A model generated the notes under the pieces. That model saw only the letters and a list, made by a program, of their open reading frames with translations. It was not told where the DNA came from and did no database searches. Positions 39,452-51,388 of a DNA stretch of 64,000 nucleotides are shown here, one piece after another. How positions within the stretch are numbered: position 1 is the stretch's first letter; every line of letters begins with the position of its first letter. The position numbers were made by a program, and so were the translations under genes. This stretch comes from an uncultured bacterium (GTDB lineage: Bacteria > Fidelibacterota > Marinisomatia > Marinisomatales > UBA1611), in NCBI GenBank assembly GCA_943788175.1, contig CALSPG010000005.1, forward strand, positions 480,001 through 544,000, written 5' to 3'.

Positions 39452-40738
39452 TTGAAGATAAACGTAAAAAATATAAATGATTATACAAAAGAAGTAGAGC
39501 TTGACGTTCCATGGACTACAATAGAGCCGGACTTTGAATCTACTATTAAAAAATTTAGTAAAAAGGTAAAGCTTCCTGGCTTTAGGCCTGGGAAAATTCC
39601 TCGTGATAGGCTAATGCAACAATTTCAGCCAAATATTGAGGCTCAGTTCATGGATGATAATATTCATAAATATTATTTATTGGCCCTGCAGGAAGAAAAA
39701 ATCGTGCCAGTAAATCAAGCAGAAATAAGGGATGTTCAATTCCAGTTAGGTGAGCATTTTTCATTTACTGCAAAATTCGAGGTTGAACCAGATTTTAAGT
39801 TGCCCAAATTCAAAAATAATATGTTTAAAGTTCAGAAAAATAAATTTATTCCTGATGAGCAAGATATCACTGATGGCATTAATCAACTTCGAAGGTCTCA
39901 TGCTCGCATTGAAACAGTAGAAGATGGTGCTCAAGAGAAAGATTTTATTTTGTGCGATCTTCAAAAATTAGATGAGTCTGGTGTCGCAATTATTGGTAAA
40001 AAATTTGAAAAGCAAATGTTAAAAGTTGGAGATGGCTCTTTTACTGATGACCAAACAAGCAAATTAATTGGTCTCAAGCCCGGTGAGTTATCAAAGCTAG
40101 ATCTACCAGATAATGAAGACAAAACAATCAAAAACCCATATGAATTAACTGTCGTTAAAGTAGAAAGAGAAGTATTGCCAGAGCTTAACGATGATTTTGT
40201 CAAGATGGTAAATCCTGAATTGAAATCGGTAGATGAATTAAATAATGACGTACTTGAAAAAATTAATGAGAATTTTGCTGAAAGATCTCGTCAAAGTTTT
40301 GAGAAAGAAATTTCAGATGCTTTGATAGATAAAATAGGATTTGAAACGCCTCCTAGTATGGTAAACAACTATCTAAATAATATTCTGGAAGATGTAAAAA
40401 AACAAAATAATGGTGAAAAGATTGATGAACAGAAAGTTCTTGAAACATACAGGCCTTCTGCTGAAAGAAATTTAAAGTGGTACTTAATCCGTAAAAAACT
40501 GATAGACCAAGAGCAGTTAAGTTTCAGTAGATCGGATATAGATGCTGAGGTAGAAAGCTTAATCTCTCGTACTCCGCAATCTGAAAAGGAAATTCGAAGG
40601 TTTTATAAAAAACCTAGTAATAGACAGCGAATTGAAGATGATCTAACTGAAAAAAAGATATTAGAGTATCTAACTCAATTTGCAAAAATTAAAGAAGTTG
40701 AAGTAAATACAAAGGACATTCGTGGAGAAGGCCAATGA
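39452..40738 (+). CDS. tig: Trigger factor
   Basis: PGFRPGKIP ribosome-binding motif, typical length, position upstream of clpP; TTG start after AAGGA. Confidence 0.92.
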   Translation: MKINVKNINDYTKEVELDVPWTTIEPDFESTIKKFSKKVKLPGFRPGKIPRDRLMQQFQPNIEAQFMDDNIHKYYLLALQEEKIVPVNQAEIRDVQFQLGEHFSFTAKFEVEPDFKLPKFKNNMFKVQKNKFIPDEQDITDGINQLRRSHARIETVEDGAQEKDFILCDLQKLDESGVAIIGKKFEKQMLKVGDGSFTDDQTSKLIGLKPGELSKLDLPDNEDKTIKNPYELTVVKVEREVLPELNDDFVKMVNPELKSVDELNNDVLEKINENFAERSRQSFEKEISDALIDKIGFETPPSMVNNYLNNILEDVKKQNNGEKIDEQKVLETYRPSAERNLKWYLIRKKLIDQEQLSFSRSDIDAEVESLISRTPQSEKEIRRFYKKPSNRQRIEDDLTEKKILEYLTQFAKIKEVEVNTKDIRGEGQ

Positions 40739-41343
40739 GCATAGATAAAAATAGTATTAATCAGTTAGTACCTATCGTAGTAGAACAAACTGGTCGATCT
40801 GAAAGAGCATTTGATATTTATTCAAGACTGCTTAAAGAAAGAATTATATTCCTTGGTACCCCTATAGATGACACGATGTCTTCTCTTGTAATTGCGCAGC
40901 TTCTTTTTCTAGAATCAGAAGATTCTGAAAAAGATATCTATCTTTATATTAATTCACCCGGTGGAATTATAACCTCTGGTTTTGGGATTTATGATACTAT
41001 GCAATACATTAAGCCTGATGTGGCTACAATTTGTATGGGGCAAGCTGCTAGTATGGGCGCTTTCCTCCTTGCTGGTGGTGCTAAGGGGAAAAGATCGGCT
41101 CTCCCAAATAGTAGAATTATGATTCACCAGCCAATGGGTGGTGCGCAAGGACAAGCTGTTGATATCAGGATTCAGGCAGATGAAATTCTTAGAATGAAAA
41201 CTCAGCTTAATAAAATATTATCTAAAAATACAGGACAATCATTAAAAAAGATTGAGGAAGATACAGATAGAGATAATTTTATGTCAGCTAACGAAGCAAA
41301 AAAATACGGTTTAATTGATTTGGTATTATCTGCTAGAAAATAA
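40735..41343 (+). CDS. clpP: ATP-dependent Clp protease proteolytic subunit
   Basis: [40 protein letters not shown]. Confidence 0.97.
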   Translation: MSIDKNSINQLVPIVVEQTGRSERAFDIYSRLLKERIIFLGTPIDDTMSSLVIAQLLFLESEDSEKDIYLYINSPGGIITSGFGIYDTMQYIKPDVATICMGQAASMGAFLLAGGAKGKRSALPNSRIMIHQPMGGAQGQAVDIRIQADEILRMKTQLNKILSKNTGQSLKKIEEDTDRDNFMSANEAKKYGLIDLVLSARK

Positions 41344-42511
41344 ATGACTAATAGACCAACAAAGAATAGCAATCTAGAACTGAACCTCTCTGAAGAAGAG
41401 AAGCCTAAAGAAAGTTTCAAGGTTACTTTACAAAAACCTTCAAAAATAAAAGAGTTTTTAGACTCTTACGTTGTTGGTCAAGATTATGCTAAGAAGACAA
41501 TCTCCGTAGCCGTATATAACCATTACAAACGTATAATTAATCAGTCTTATGAATCTGGCGTTGAATTAGATAAAAGCAATATTTTGCTCATAGGTCCAAC
41601 AGGTACCGGTAAAACTTTGATAGCTCAAACGTTAGCCCGTTTCCTCTCTGTGCCATTTGCGATAGCTGATGCAACTACCTTTACAGAAGCTGGATATGTA
41701 GGAGAAGATGTTGAAAACATTTTGGTTAGGTTGCTCCAGGTGTCTAACTACAATGTTAGTGCTGCCGAGAAGGGAATTGTTTATATTGATGAGATTGATA
41801 AAGTTGGCAGAAAATCTGCAAGTACTTCGATTACTCGTGATGTTAGCGGAGAAGGGCGTTCAACAAGCCCTACTCAAAATAATTGAGGGTTCTATAAGCA
41901 ACATTCCGCCAAAGGGAGGACGCAAGCATCCCGAGCAAAGTTTAATATCAATAGATACTTCAAATATTTTATTTATTTGTGGAGGTTCTTTTTCTGGGCT
42001 TGAAGACATTATCCAAAAGCGTACTGGAAAAGGAGAGCTGGGTTTTAATTCTATCAAAAATGAAAATATTAAAGACGGTTCGAATGTTTCTGATATGTAT
42101 AATATATTTAAATCTGTGAGGCAGCGAGACCTTGTTGAATTTGGAATTATTCCTGAGCTTATTGGTCGGTTACCAGTGGTTTCAACTATGAGTAATTTAT
42201 CTGATTCCGAAATGTTGAAAATTTTGACAAAACCTAAAAATGCTCTGATAAATCAGTATAAAAAACTATTTCAGATGGAGGATGTAGAATTAATCTTTGA
42301 GAAGTCTGCACTAAAAAAAATTGTTGAGTTAGCACAAAAACGTAATTCAGGCGCAAGATCTTTAAGGGCTGTCCTCGAGGAGAGTTTGATGGATCTGATG
42401 TACGAAGTCCCTGACATGAATAAACCTGAAAAAATTATTATCAGCGAAGATTTTGTATCGGGAATTCTAGGTTCGTCAGGCCTAAAAGAGATCCAGAAGA
42501 AGTCGGCTTAA
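41344..42511 (+). CDS. clpX: Clp protease ATP-binding subunit ClpX (+1 frameshift at 41854-41856; no N-terminal Zn finger)
   Basis: [59 protein letters not shown]. Removing one G restores the frame. Confidence 0.93.
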
Positions 42512-42649
42512 TATTTTTAATATTATAGCTGATTTTTTCTACCTTATTAAATATATTCTATACTCTTTTTTAAGATAATAATTTTTAACAATCGTAAATA
42601 GATTATCTTTTAATTAAACGACGATTGTTGTTTATATTTTTAGTATAAA

Positions 42650-44851
42650 ATGTTGAATAATAAAAATCTATCTAAATTTCTAGTATCTTTGATTGTCGTT
42701 ATAATTTTTCAGAATTGTGAAGAGCCAAAAAACGATGAAGATTCCGACTTAGAAACTTACAGAAACACATTACAGAGTCAGTCTGTTGGGGATGGCAGTA
42801 CGGGCTCTATTGACGATTATTTTTATAACTTTGATAACTCGTATGATGCGAAGTATTTAAAATACTCTAAATCTAAATTTAGTACTTCCTATGATAAATT
42901 TTTATCGTCCTATCCATACCCTCCTGATTATATGACGATGAAAAATTTCCCAGACTATTTACTCGATATCTCTCCTGATTCAGGGCAATTTTTAATTCGT
43001 AATCCTATTGATACTTTAGTAATTGCGTCAGACACGATTACTTCGGATATTGGTAAAATAGTTCAAGACTCAATTTCCTTAGTATCTTCTCAATTTAAAA
43101 ATTTGGAGTCTGTTGAATGGGATTTAGAGGCAGAGCCATCGCTTCAGAGATACAGGTTAAGAAACTCAGGTTGGGTTCAAGAGGATACAATGTTGTACTA
43201 TGCAGATACTTTTGACGTTAAGTCTTATTGGGCAGTTGTTGATACACCTTTGATCGATATGGGCTTTATGTTTGTTGATACTTCAGAGTGGCAGGACACA
43301 AGCTACTCATTTATAAAAGATGATTTAATCGTCTTCACCAATAATTTCGAGTTTACAAGGACCCAAATGCATGTTGATTCTTTAATATTTAGGATTAATA
43401 CTGACTGTAATGATAATAACCAGTGGGATCAGGCTGAGCTTGGAGTTGCTGACTATAATAATGACGGGGATATGAAGGACATATTTTTCGAAAATAACGA
43501 TAATTTTGATTACAATGGTGACGGCAATTTGGATGATATTATCTATGAATTTATTGACAGAGGAAATGATATCTTAGACCCAGCTGAAACCTATTATGAC
43601 GTTAACGAAAATGGGGTTTATGATATTGGAGAACCCTATGAAGACAGGAACTGTAACAATGGGTGGGATGCCGCAGAACTAATTGATAAAGGAAATGGTC
43701 AGTATGATGATATTGAAGAATATACTTCCAAAGATTCTGATGACGATGGCAATGCGGAAAAGTATTTATATAAAATTGGCTCTGTTCCCAATAATATTTT
43801 GGTAGATTGGACAGATTCAGATAATCCGGAGTTACTTCTCAATATAAGTATTGGTGATAGTGTTACAAATAGGTGGGGAAACGTTTATCAAAACATTATA
43901 GAAACTGTTTCATTTGTTGACACGAAAAGAAAAGAAGTCGGGGATATTGACTCTCTGGTGACTCTTTATACAAATGATGTAGTTGGCTACATTGATGATA
44001 GTTCTCAGCAGCCTGGAGATTTCTATGTAACAAAAACCGAGTTGCTTTCTAATCGTATAGGGGATGATGGATTAAGAGTCGATTATGATTATCAAATTTT
44101 TTCAAAAGACCAGCATATAAATCAGCATTTATATAAGAGTTATTTTTTGCCACTAGGGTTTTATTGGAGTGAATCTCAAGTCAATCAAGGTTTCTGGCAC
44201 AAAACACAATTAGAAAAAGATATTTATTTATATTCCTACAATGGTCTATTTCGAGATGGTGAGCATGTAGATACCGCCTATTATGACACGACTGAAATAG
44301 CTGTGTACCTAATGCAGAAGTCATTTGAGGTTGAGAAAGCTGAAATAACAGTTCCAGCAGCAAAAATCAAAGCAATATATAACAATGGATCATATAGATG
44401 CCTTAGGGATGAATCAATAGCTGATTTTGAAGAAGATTGCCCTCAAGTAGATACGACATTTGTTGATTGTTTTAAAATTACAACTACAACGAATATGACT
44501 ATGATGGGTTCTGGTGTTGAATATGGTCAAAAAGTTTACACCTGGCTTGCAAAAGACCATGGTATAGTAAAAAGCGATCTCTACATTCGTTGGACAGAAA
44601 GTCCATATGCTGACTCATTTTCTTCCGGTGAGGTGGATGAGAATGGACAAACATGGTCGGGGTATTCAAGAATTGAGTTAGCTGAAATTAATGTAAATAA
44701 ATCTGGCAACGTTTTTAGACAAATATATAATCCCGCTCAAGTAGTCAAAAAAGAAAATTTTAAAGACCTGCCTGATTTTAATTATGACGCATTTAAAATA
44801 AGTAATCAGAGCGGTTTCCATACGATTGATATGCGTGAGTTTGTTGAATGA
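42650..44851 (+). CDS. Acidic lipoprotein with Ca-binding-like DxNxNGxxD repeats
   Basis: Lipobox-like IFQNC; repeats DYNNDGD, DYNGDGN, DVNENGVYDIGEPYED; stop overlaps the TBDR start (ATGA). Confidence 0.7.
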   Translation: MLNNKNLSKFLVSLIVVIIFQNCEEPKNDEDSDLETYRNTLQSQSVGDGSTGSIDDYFYNFDNSYDAKYLKYSKSKFSTSYDKFLSSYPYPPDYMTMKNFPDYLLDISPDSGQFLIRNPIDTLVIASDTITSDIGKIVQDSISLVSSQFKNLESVEWDLEAEPSLQRYRLRNSGWVQEDTMLYYADTFDVKSYWAVVDTPLIDMGFMFVDTSEWQDTSYSFIKDDLIVFTNNFEFTRTQMHVDSLIFRINTDCNDNNQWDQAELGVADYNNDGDMKDIFFENNDNFDYNGDGNLDDIIYEFIDRGNDILDPAETYYDVNENGVYDIGEPYEDRNCNNGWDAAELIDKGNGQYDDIEEYTSKDSDDDGNAEKYLYKIGSVPNNILVDWTDSDNPELLLNISIGDSVTNRWGNVYQNIIETVSFVDTKRKEVGDIDSLVTLYTNDVVGYIDDSSQQPGDFYVTKTELLSNRIGDDGLRVDYDYQIFSKDQHINQHLYKSYFLPLGFYWSESQVNQGFWHKTQLEKDIYLYSYNGLFRDGEHVDTAYYDTTEIAVYLMQKSFEVEKAEITVPAAKIKAIYNNGSYRCLRDESIADFEEDCPQVDTTFVDCFKITTTTNMTMMGSGVEYGQKVYTWLAKDHGIVKSDLYIRWTESPYADSFSSGEVDENGQTWSGYSRIELAEINVNKSGNVFRQIYNPAQVVKKENFKDLPDFNYDAFKISNQSGFHTIDMREFVE

Positions 44852-47800
44852 TTATTAGACTTATATTATTAGCTTTTATCTATTTTTCTGGTTTTGTTAT
44901 TGCTGGGACAGACGGAACTATTCGAGGTAAAGTTTCTGATGAGGACTCGATGGAGTTGCCGGGGGCGACTATTTATCTTCCTGGTTTGGGCGTTGGTGCA
45001 GCCGCTGATGTAAATGGTAATTTTATTATTCTAAATATACCAGTTGGTAAGTACGATGTCGTCGTTCAAATGGTGGGTTATCAAAAGAAAACATATAAAG
45101 AAGTTCATGTTGTGATGGATCAAACGGTTTGGCTAAATCCAACTTTGCCAGTCGCGGCCGTTGAGGGTGACGAGGTAGAAGTTTTAGGCACGAGGCCTTT
45201 GGTGGAGAGAGGCAGTACCTCGAAAAAAATCACGGTGGATAAAGAAGCCATTCAGTCTTTGCCTATTCGAGATATGTCTGAGCTATATTCTCTTCAATCG
45301 GGTGTTGTAAAAGTTGAGAGTAAAACTAGGGGCATTCCTAACCAGGAGGAAAGAGGCCTTGAAGAAGTTCACGTTCGAGGTGGTAGGTCTGGAGAAATCG
45401 CTTACATGATTGATGGTATGTATATAAGAAATCCAATTTTTGGTGGTATTGGTTCTGGCACAAGGTTGAACCTATTTGCAATTAATGAATTTGATTGGCA
45501 ACCAGGCGGTTTCAATGCAGAATATGGTGATGCAATGTCTGCGGTTTCAAATTGGCACACCTCATCTGGTGGCGAAAACATTGAATACCATTTTGAATAC
45601 GAGACTAGTTTGGTTGGTGCTTTTTTGAATGAGCTTCGTGGTAAAACAAAAGATACTGAAAACTTTGATAAGCTAAGGGGTTTGAATGATTACAATTTTG
45701 GTATTGGTGGTCCAGTATTGGGGATCCCGAAATTAAGGTTTTGGTTCAGTGGCCAACATACAACAGAAGAAAACTATAGTGTGTATGAATTTGATGACCG
45801 TGTTTATTTAGGTGAAGACCAAGATCTACTACTGGATACCTTAGCATTAAACAAAGCTAATTTAGTAAATCCTTGGGATAATATATCAGGTTTTAGAGGG
45901 TTTGGTTTTGATAAGACTACGGATATTTTTACAAAATTAAGTTATAAATACTCTGGTAAATTAAGATTTCACCTAAGTTATTGGAGAGTTGCAAACCATT
46001 TGCAAGCTTTTAATGCTAGATATCTTTATTGGGATGAGGGTAGAAATGAATTGTTTCGTGATACGTATAGGGTGAATTTTGAAATAAATCACTCTCTGAC
46101 CCCAAAAACTTTTTATACAGTTCGTTTTGCTCGTTTCATTCAAGATCAGTTTCAGGGGGTTCGCTGGAGAGACAATGACAACGATGGTTTCCCGAATTGG
46201 TTTGAATGGCGGCATGCAGCTGGGAACAAAGATATTTCAGATCCAGAAAATTCTAATGTGGTCCCTTACAGAATTGGCGAGGATGGAGATACGGTTAGAT
46301 ACACTAATAGAGATGATATAAGCGGTTGGCATGTAGGTGCAACTCCAGGCATGTGGAATTGGGAGTCTGCAGAAAAATTCGACGATTCTAATGGTAATGG
46401 CGTCTGGGATGTGGGTGAGAGCTTTACGGATTGGGATAACGATGGCTCTTGGGATGGCCCAGAACTAGTTAAAGAGCTAGAATATAGAGACGATAGTTAT
46501 TGGCTTGAGCCTGAGATGTATGAAGATTATGAGCCATTTTTAGATTATAATAGTATTAGATTGCAATTTGAAAATATTCCAGGGAACTCCAGAGCGCCTG
46601 TTAATACGCCTTGGGATCCTGAAAACATTTATTATTACATGCCAACGCCACAAGGTGATGTTTGGGAAGAAGGAAGAGCTTTTGGTGGGCACGATAATTT
46701 TTATGCAGATTCCAGAGCTGTCACTGATGAGGTCCGAATCGATCTTACTTCTCAAATATCTGATAAATGGAAAGCGCGTTGGGGGTTCGACTATAAATAT
46801 CATAGACTGAATTTTTATGAAATTATTAGTCCTTGGCTTGGTCAAGCAGCTTCTAGGCAAACTTTTGCAGAGTATTGGCAAGATACTGGACCAGATGGAT
46901 TATTACCTATTGATAGCGGCTACGTTAACCCAGATATAGGTGAAAACAATGGTAAGTGGGATGAGGGAGAAGACTATTCTGACTCAAATGAAAATGGTAG
47001 ATGGGATAACTACAGAGAACCAGAAGAGTTTTCAGCTTACATGCAAAATACTTTTGAGGTTCCATGGATGGTTATTAATTATGGTATACGCATAGATGCC
47101 GTAAACTATAATACTCAAATATGGGCCGATACTTCAGGAAAGTATACTCCGGGTACGCCATGGTATTTTTCTGATTTGAATGATAATGATGTATGGGACA
47201 GTAATGAAGAAGTAAGTACCTTGGCAGGGTTGCCAAGACAAAAAGTGATACTTAAAAGTGCAGATTGGTTCTATAAGATAAGTCCGCGAATAGGTTTCAG
47301 TCATGTTATCACAGATAAGTCGACATTTACTTTTAATTATGGTCTTTATTATCAAACTCCAAAATATCAGAATATCTATTTAAATACGAATAGGATGGAA
47401 GACCCTGAAGAACTGTTTGAAGAAGGTAATGGTGAGGTTGGTAACGCAACGATGAATGCACAAAGAACCCAGTCTTACTCAGCTGGTTTTAACGTGCAAG
47501 TTGGGCAAAATTGGTCTTATTCTCTAATGACTTGGGTGAAAAACATGGATCAGTTAACTAAAAATACGTTCCAGCGTTCTGGTGTTTATTCTTATAATAT
47601 TAGTGAAAATGGAGATTATGGTAGTGCAAAGGGTATAGATTTAACATTGAAGTTTAGAGGTCGTGCATTTGGATCGCAGTTGCAGTATACGTATTCGATA
47701 GCAAAGAATAACAGTGAATACCCTTGGGCAAATGTTAGTGGTCAATATGTAGATGCTCCGAGTCAAGAGTCATTGCAGTTTTACGATAGGCCTCATGATC

Positions 47801-48225
47801 TAACATTCTGGTTTTATACTGGGTTGCCATTCGGTATCAATGCAGCTGTAACTGCCTTTTACCAAAGTGGGGGTCCTTATACTCCTTATATATTCGCAGG
47901 AAAAGACCCGAAACCTGATGAGAGGAATATAAACACTAATAGAGGGCCTGCTTTTAAAAATGCAAATTTAAATTTTAGTAAATATGTTTCCATTATGAAT
48001 CATAGGGTAAGTCTTGGTTTGAGTGTCTATAATTTTTTAGATATAAGAAACGAAGTAGATGTCTGGCCACTGACTGGCAAAGCTGATGACCCCGGCGCCT
48101 ACTATACAGATAGGGTTGGGTTGGCTGATTCAGAGCACTATTTATCCAGCGCATATTATGATCGTCCTTGGCGCTCTTCTCAGCCTAGAGAAGTTAATTT
48201 CAATGTGAGGTTTGATTTTGATTGA
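44848..48225 (+). CDS. TonB-dependent receptor with large acidic loop insertions
   Basis: GTIRGKV N-terminal domain, HVRGGRSGE, GGFNAEYGDAMS, SPRIGFSH; same subfamily motifs as 7517-10171. Confidence 0.9.
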   Translation: MIIRLILLAFIYFSGFVIAGTDGTIRGKVSDEDSMELPGATIYLPGLGVGAAADVNGNFIILNIPVGKYDVVVQMVGYQKKTYKEVHVVMDQTVWLNPTLPVAAVEGDEVEVLGTRPLVERGSTSKKITVDKEAIQSLPIRDMSELYSLQSGVVKVESKTRGIPNQEERGLEEVHVRGGRSGEIAYMIDGMYIRNPIFGGIGSGTRLNLFAINEFDWQPGGFNAEYGDAMSAVSNWHTSSGGENIEYHFEYETSLVGAFLNELRGKTKDTENFDKLRGLNDYNFGIGGPVLGIPKLRFWFSGQHTTEENYSVYEFDDRVYLGEDQDLLLDTLALNKANLVNPWDNISGFRGFGFDKTTDIFTKLSYKYSGKLRFHLSYWRVANHLQAFNARYLYWDEGRNELFRDTYRVNFEINHSLTPKTFYTVRFARFIQDQFQGVRWRDNDNDGFPNWFEWRHAAGNKDISDPENSNVVPYRIGEDGDTVRYTNRDDISGWHVGATPGMWNWESAEKFDDSNGNGVWDVGESFTDWDNDGSWDGPELVKELEYRDDSYWLEPEMYEDYEPFLDYNSIRLQFENIPGNSRAPVNTPWDPENIYYYMPTPQGDVWEEGRAFGGHDNFYADSRAVTDEVRIDLTSQISDKWKARWGFDYKYHRLNFYEIISPWLGQAASRQTFAEYWQDTGPDGLLPIDSGYVNPDIGENNGKWDEGEDYSDSNENGRWDNYREPEEFSAYMQNTFEVPWMVINYGIRIDAVNYNTQIWADTSGKYTPGTPWYFSDLNDNDVWDSNEEVSTLAGLPRQKVILKSADWFYKISPRIGFSHVITDKSTFTFNYGLYYQTPKYQNIYLNTNRMEDPEELFEEGNGEVGNATMNAQRTQSYSAGFNVQVGQNWSYSLMTWVKNMDQLTKNTFQRSGVYSYNISENGDYGSAKGIDLTLKFRGRAFGSQLQYTYSIAKNNSEYPWANVSGQYVDAPSQESLQFYDRPHDLTFWFYTGLPFGINAAVTAFYQSGGPYTPYIFAGKDPKPDERNINTNRGPAFKNANLNFSKYVSIMNHRVSLGLSVYNFLDIRNEVDVWPLTGKADDPGAYYTDRVGLADSEHYLSSAYYDRPWRSSQPREVNFNVRFDFD

Positions 48226-51200
48226 TGTTTTCAAGAAAAATATGTTTTTAATTACTCTTTTTATTTTCGCATCTTTGGTTGTCGCCGGGTCTGAAAAATA
48301 TGAGCGTGATCAAGTGGTGGACCCATATCGAAATAGTGCTGCTGCGCGTATAGGAGATCACCCTTTTCCGACAAATCCAATGAATGACAGGGCTATTGGT
48401 TATTTATTGCAAGGAAAAGTCAATAATGGAATATCAAATTATGGCAATCTAATTAATTGGGACGAGCAACCTGCTGGTTTATGGGGAGATTATTCATATT
48501 TGCCCTCTGTCGCTTTCTTAGCAGGCCTTCCAGGGCATAAAAAGACATCTGCGTTTCAATGGTCTCAGCTCGAGTCAGTCGTTGATTCCGAAGGCAATGT
48601 GATTTATAGTATTTGGGAATCCCAAGGTGCCTACGAATCGTGGTACGCAAATGGAGATACTAATTATGTAGGTATCCTTTTTAATGCAGAAGATGATTTC
48701 GGTAAGTGGGATCCGGATAGTATATCAAAAAAATCATCCATAGATGATCTAACGGATGCCTACCAGTGGGTTGAGGATACAAGATAATAGTAGCATAATT
48801 ATAAGCACTCTTGGTGAAAATGATCCAAACAGTTCTTCCGCTAGAATCGGATTCATTCATCCTTGGGCTTTAAGGCCTAAACTGAAAAGTCGTGAAGACC
48901 AATTTGATTTATATGACTATGGCAGTGACCAAGAAGAGTGGACTAAAGATGATAACTTGTTTTACTATGGTGCTACAGCTTCAGAATCATGGTTTACCAG
49001 GAACGACCCTTCATTCAATACTGATTGGCACGCCAGTACAATGTCTAGGACAAATACGCACAACCTAGACGTGACCGCCGGTGATTTATTTGGTGATACC
49101 TATGTGACAGATAGTGAGGACACATATCCTCTTTTAGCTCATAGTGATTATTCAAGTACTTGGCCAACGAGATTCAACACGTAACAGCGACCAATGAGTC
49201 CTTCTGGCCTGGGTCTTGGAGTCAAGATTACAATACGTTTTTACCGGGCTGTGATAACTCAAGAAAAGATCCCGATTGCTGGGAGGAAGTCCCGGGTCGT
49301 TTTGTGTCAGATATGGATGTGTATATGGAATTTGACGATAGGTGGGCGCATCGTGGGAATGTAGTTAATACAAATAATGAGTACGAAACAACCGGTTACC
49401 CCATGGGTCTAAAGGTTATGGCGACTGCTCATTCTTATGGCGTCTCTTATGCCGAAGATATTATGTTTGTTACTGTCAAGGTTCGAAATGAAAGTGGTGA
49501 TTGGTGCGCTAAGGATGAATATGGCGTCCCTGTACTGGATAGTGAGGGAAATCAAATTTGTGGGGAGGGTATGATTATGCCCGATGGAACCAAGTTGAAT
49601 CGTGGAAAAGGTTTTGATTACAAGGATATGTCGTTGGGTTTTTATATGGATGCAGATGTATTGATGGGCGATAAAGGAGGTTATAATTCTGGACTCCATA
49701 CTAATGATGACGATTTTATGAAATATTATTATGAGTTTTTTGAATTAAATGATGAAAGATTATCGGTTAGTCTTGCAATGATTGGTGATTATGATGGGTT
49801 GTCTGGTCTTCCTGGTTATGCTATGGATCCTGATAGTCCTAGCCCTGGTAATAGTTACGGCGTTGTTGCTACTCAAATGTTAGATTCTCCTCGAGCTACT
49901 ACAGAAATAGATTTAGATCAGGATGGGACTACGGATATTTTTCCAGGCGAGCCTTTAAAAATGACTGATTGGCACTGGTTTGATTGGTATAGTAGACCGG
50001 GTGTTACGCAGGCAGAAGGTAATTCGAGTGGTTGTAATGCTGGGTCTCCTGGATGTCCTCAAGCTAGAAATAAAGAAGAAATTCTTTATAAAATAATGAC
50101 AGGCGACACTACAAATTTAATGCCGGATGAGCATGAATGGTATTTTCATACGCCTAATCCAGGTACAGATCTAGGTTCAGAGCTTAATCCTCATTTTGAT
50201 TCATTAGAGGGTCTGAAAGAAGAACCTGCTTTTTTAAGAGAGCCTGATGGTTTGGATTGTGTGTTGATTCTAAGTTGTGGTCCTTTTGATTTACCTGTCG
50301 GAAGAGAAGTTCCATTTTCTTTTTGCATCATCTTTGGTCAAAACGAAGAAGACTTAATTAATAACGCTAAATTTGCTCAAGTTATGTACAACTCTCGTTA
50401 TCAGGGTTTTACACCGCCAACGAGACCAACGGTTCATGCTGTTACAGAGCAGGGGAAAGTAAAGCTATATTGGAATGACCATGCAGAATCATCTACTGAT
50501 GTAGTTACTGGATATGCTGACTTTGAAGGTTATAAAATTTATAAAAGTATTGATGGCGGAGAATCTTGGGGAAAGCCAAGCGATATGATTTACGATGCAG
50601 ATGGTATTTTTGTTGGATGGCAACCTTATTCTCAATATGATTTATCTGCTGAAGAAGATTCTCTTCACTGTACTTACTCAAATAGTTTCGATTGTGATGA
50701 AAAAAATTCTCGTGGGCACGCAATAAAAGGGCAAGACCCCTATTCTCCTTGGTTTAACCTTGGTTCTGATACTGGTTTCGACTTAATCCGTTTAGACGAG
50801 CCTTATGTCGTTGATGGAGATAGTTTTCAATACGTTTTTGAGGACGATGATGTTGTGGACGGTCTTGAGTACACTTACTCAATAGTAGCATATGACATGG
50901 GCGTCGAGCCTCCTTATAAGACAGTTTATGAACCTATAGGGAATGGTCAATTCAATGCAGTTGTTGATACGAACTATTCAAACCCCGATCAGTGGGCAAG
51001 TCCTGAGGGCTACACATATATTGAAAATTCTAGGGGAACTACAATTTTAGATAGAAATTTTGTTCAAGTCTACCCTGGTGTTCAGCCTCAGGCAAGCTTA
51101 AAGAACGTTGGCGTGGTTCCTAATCCTTATATAGTCAGGTCTGGTCACAACGAAACCACTTTTAATAGAAAAATTAAGTTTAACAATCTCCCTTCACAAT

Positions 51201-51388
51201 GTATGATTAGTATTTATACAGTAACAGGTGAGTTAGTATCTGAATTTGAGCATCAAAGCATAACTAATGGTTATGCATGGTGGGATATGCGAACGGTAAA
51301 TAATCAAGAAGTTGCTCCGGGTTTGTATGTTTTTCACATCAAGGGTGCAGGTGAAGAGAAGGTTGGAAAATTTGCGGTGATACGATGA
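48212..51388 (+). CDS. Giant secreted protein with FN3-like module and atypical CTD (VVPNPY...GKFAVIR); two frameshifts (about 48780 and 49180)
   Basis: Three overlapping ORFs (48212-48787, 48756-49184, 49160-51388) together are colinear with the 10178-13546 protein (NYG; DIMFVTVKVRNES; SCGPFDL; DFEGYKIYKS). Confidence 0.75.

Noticed and set aside
41840-41890. Programmed ribosomal frameshift in clpX
   Set aside because: No slippery heptamer or stimulatory structure seen; it is one extra G in a conserved motif within a segment full of similar indels.
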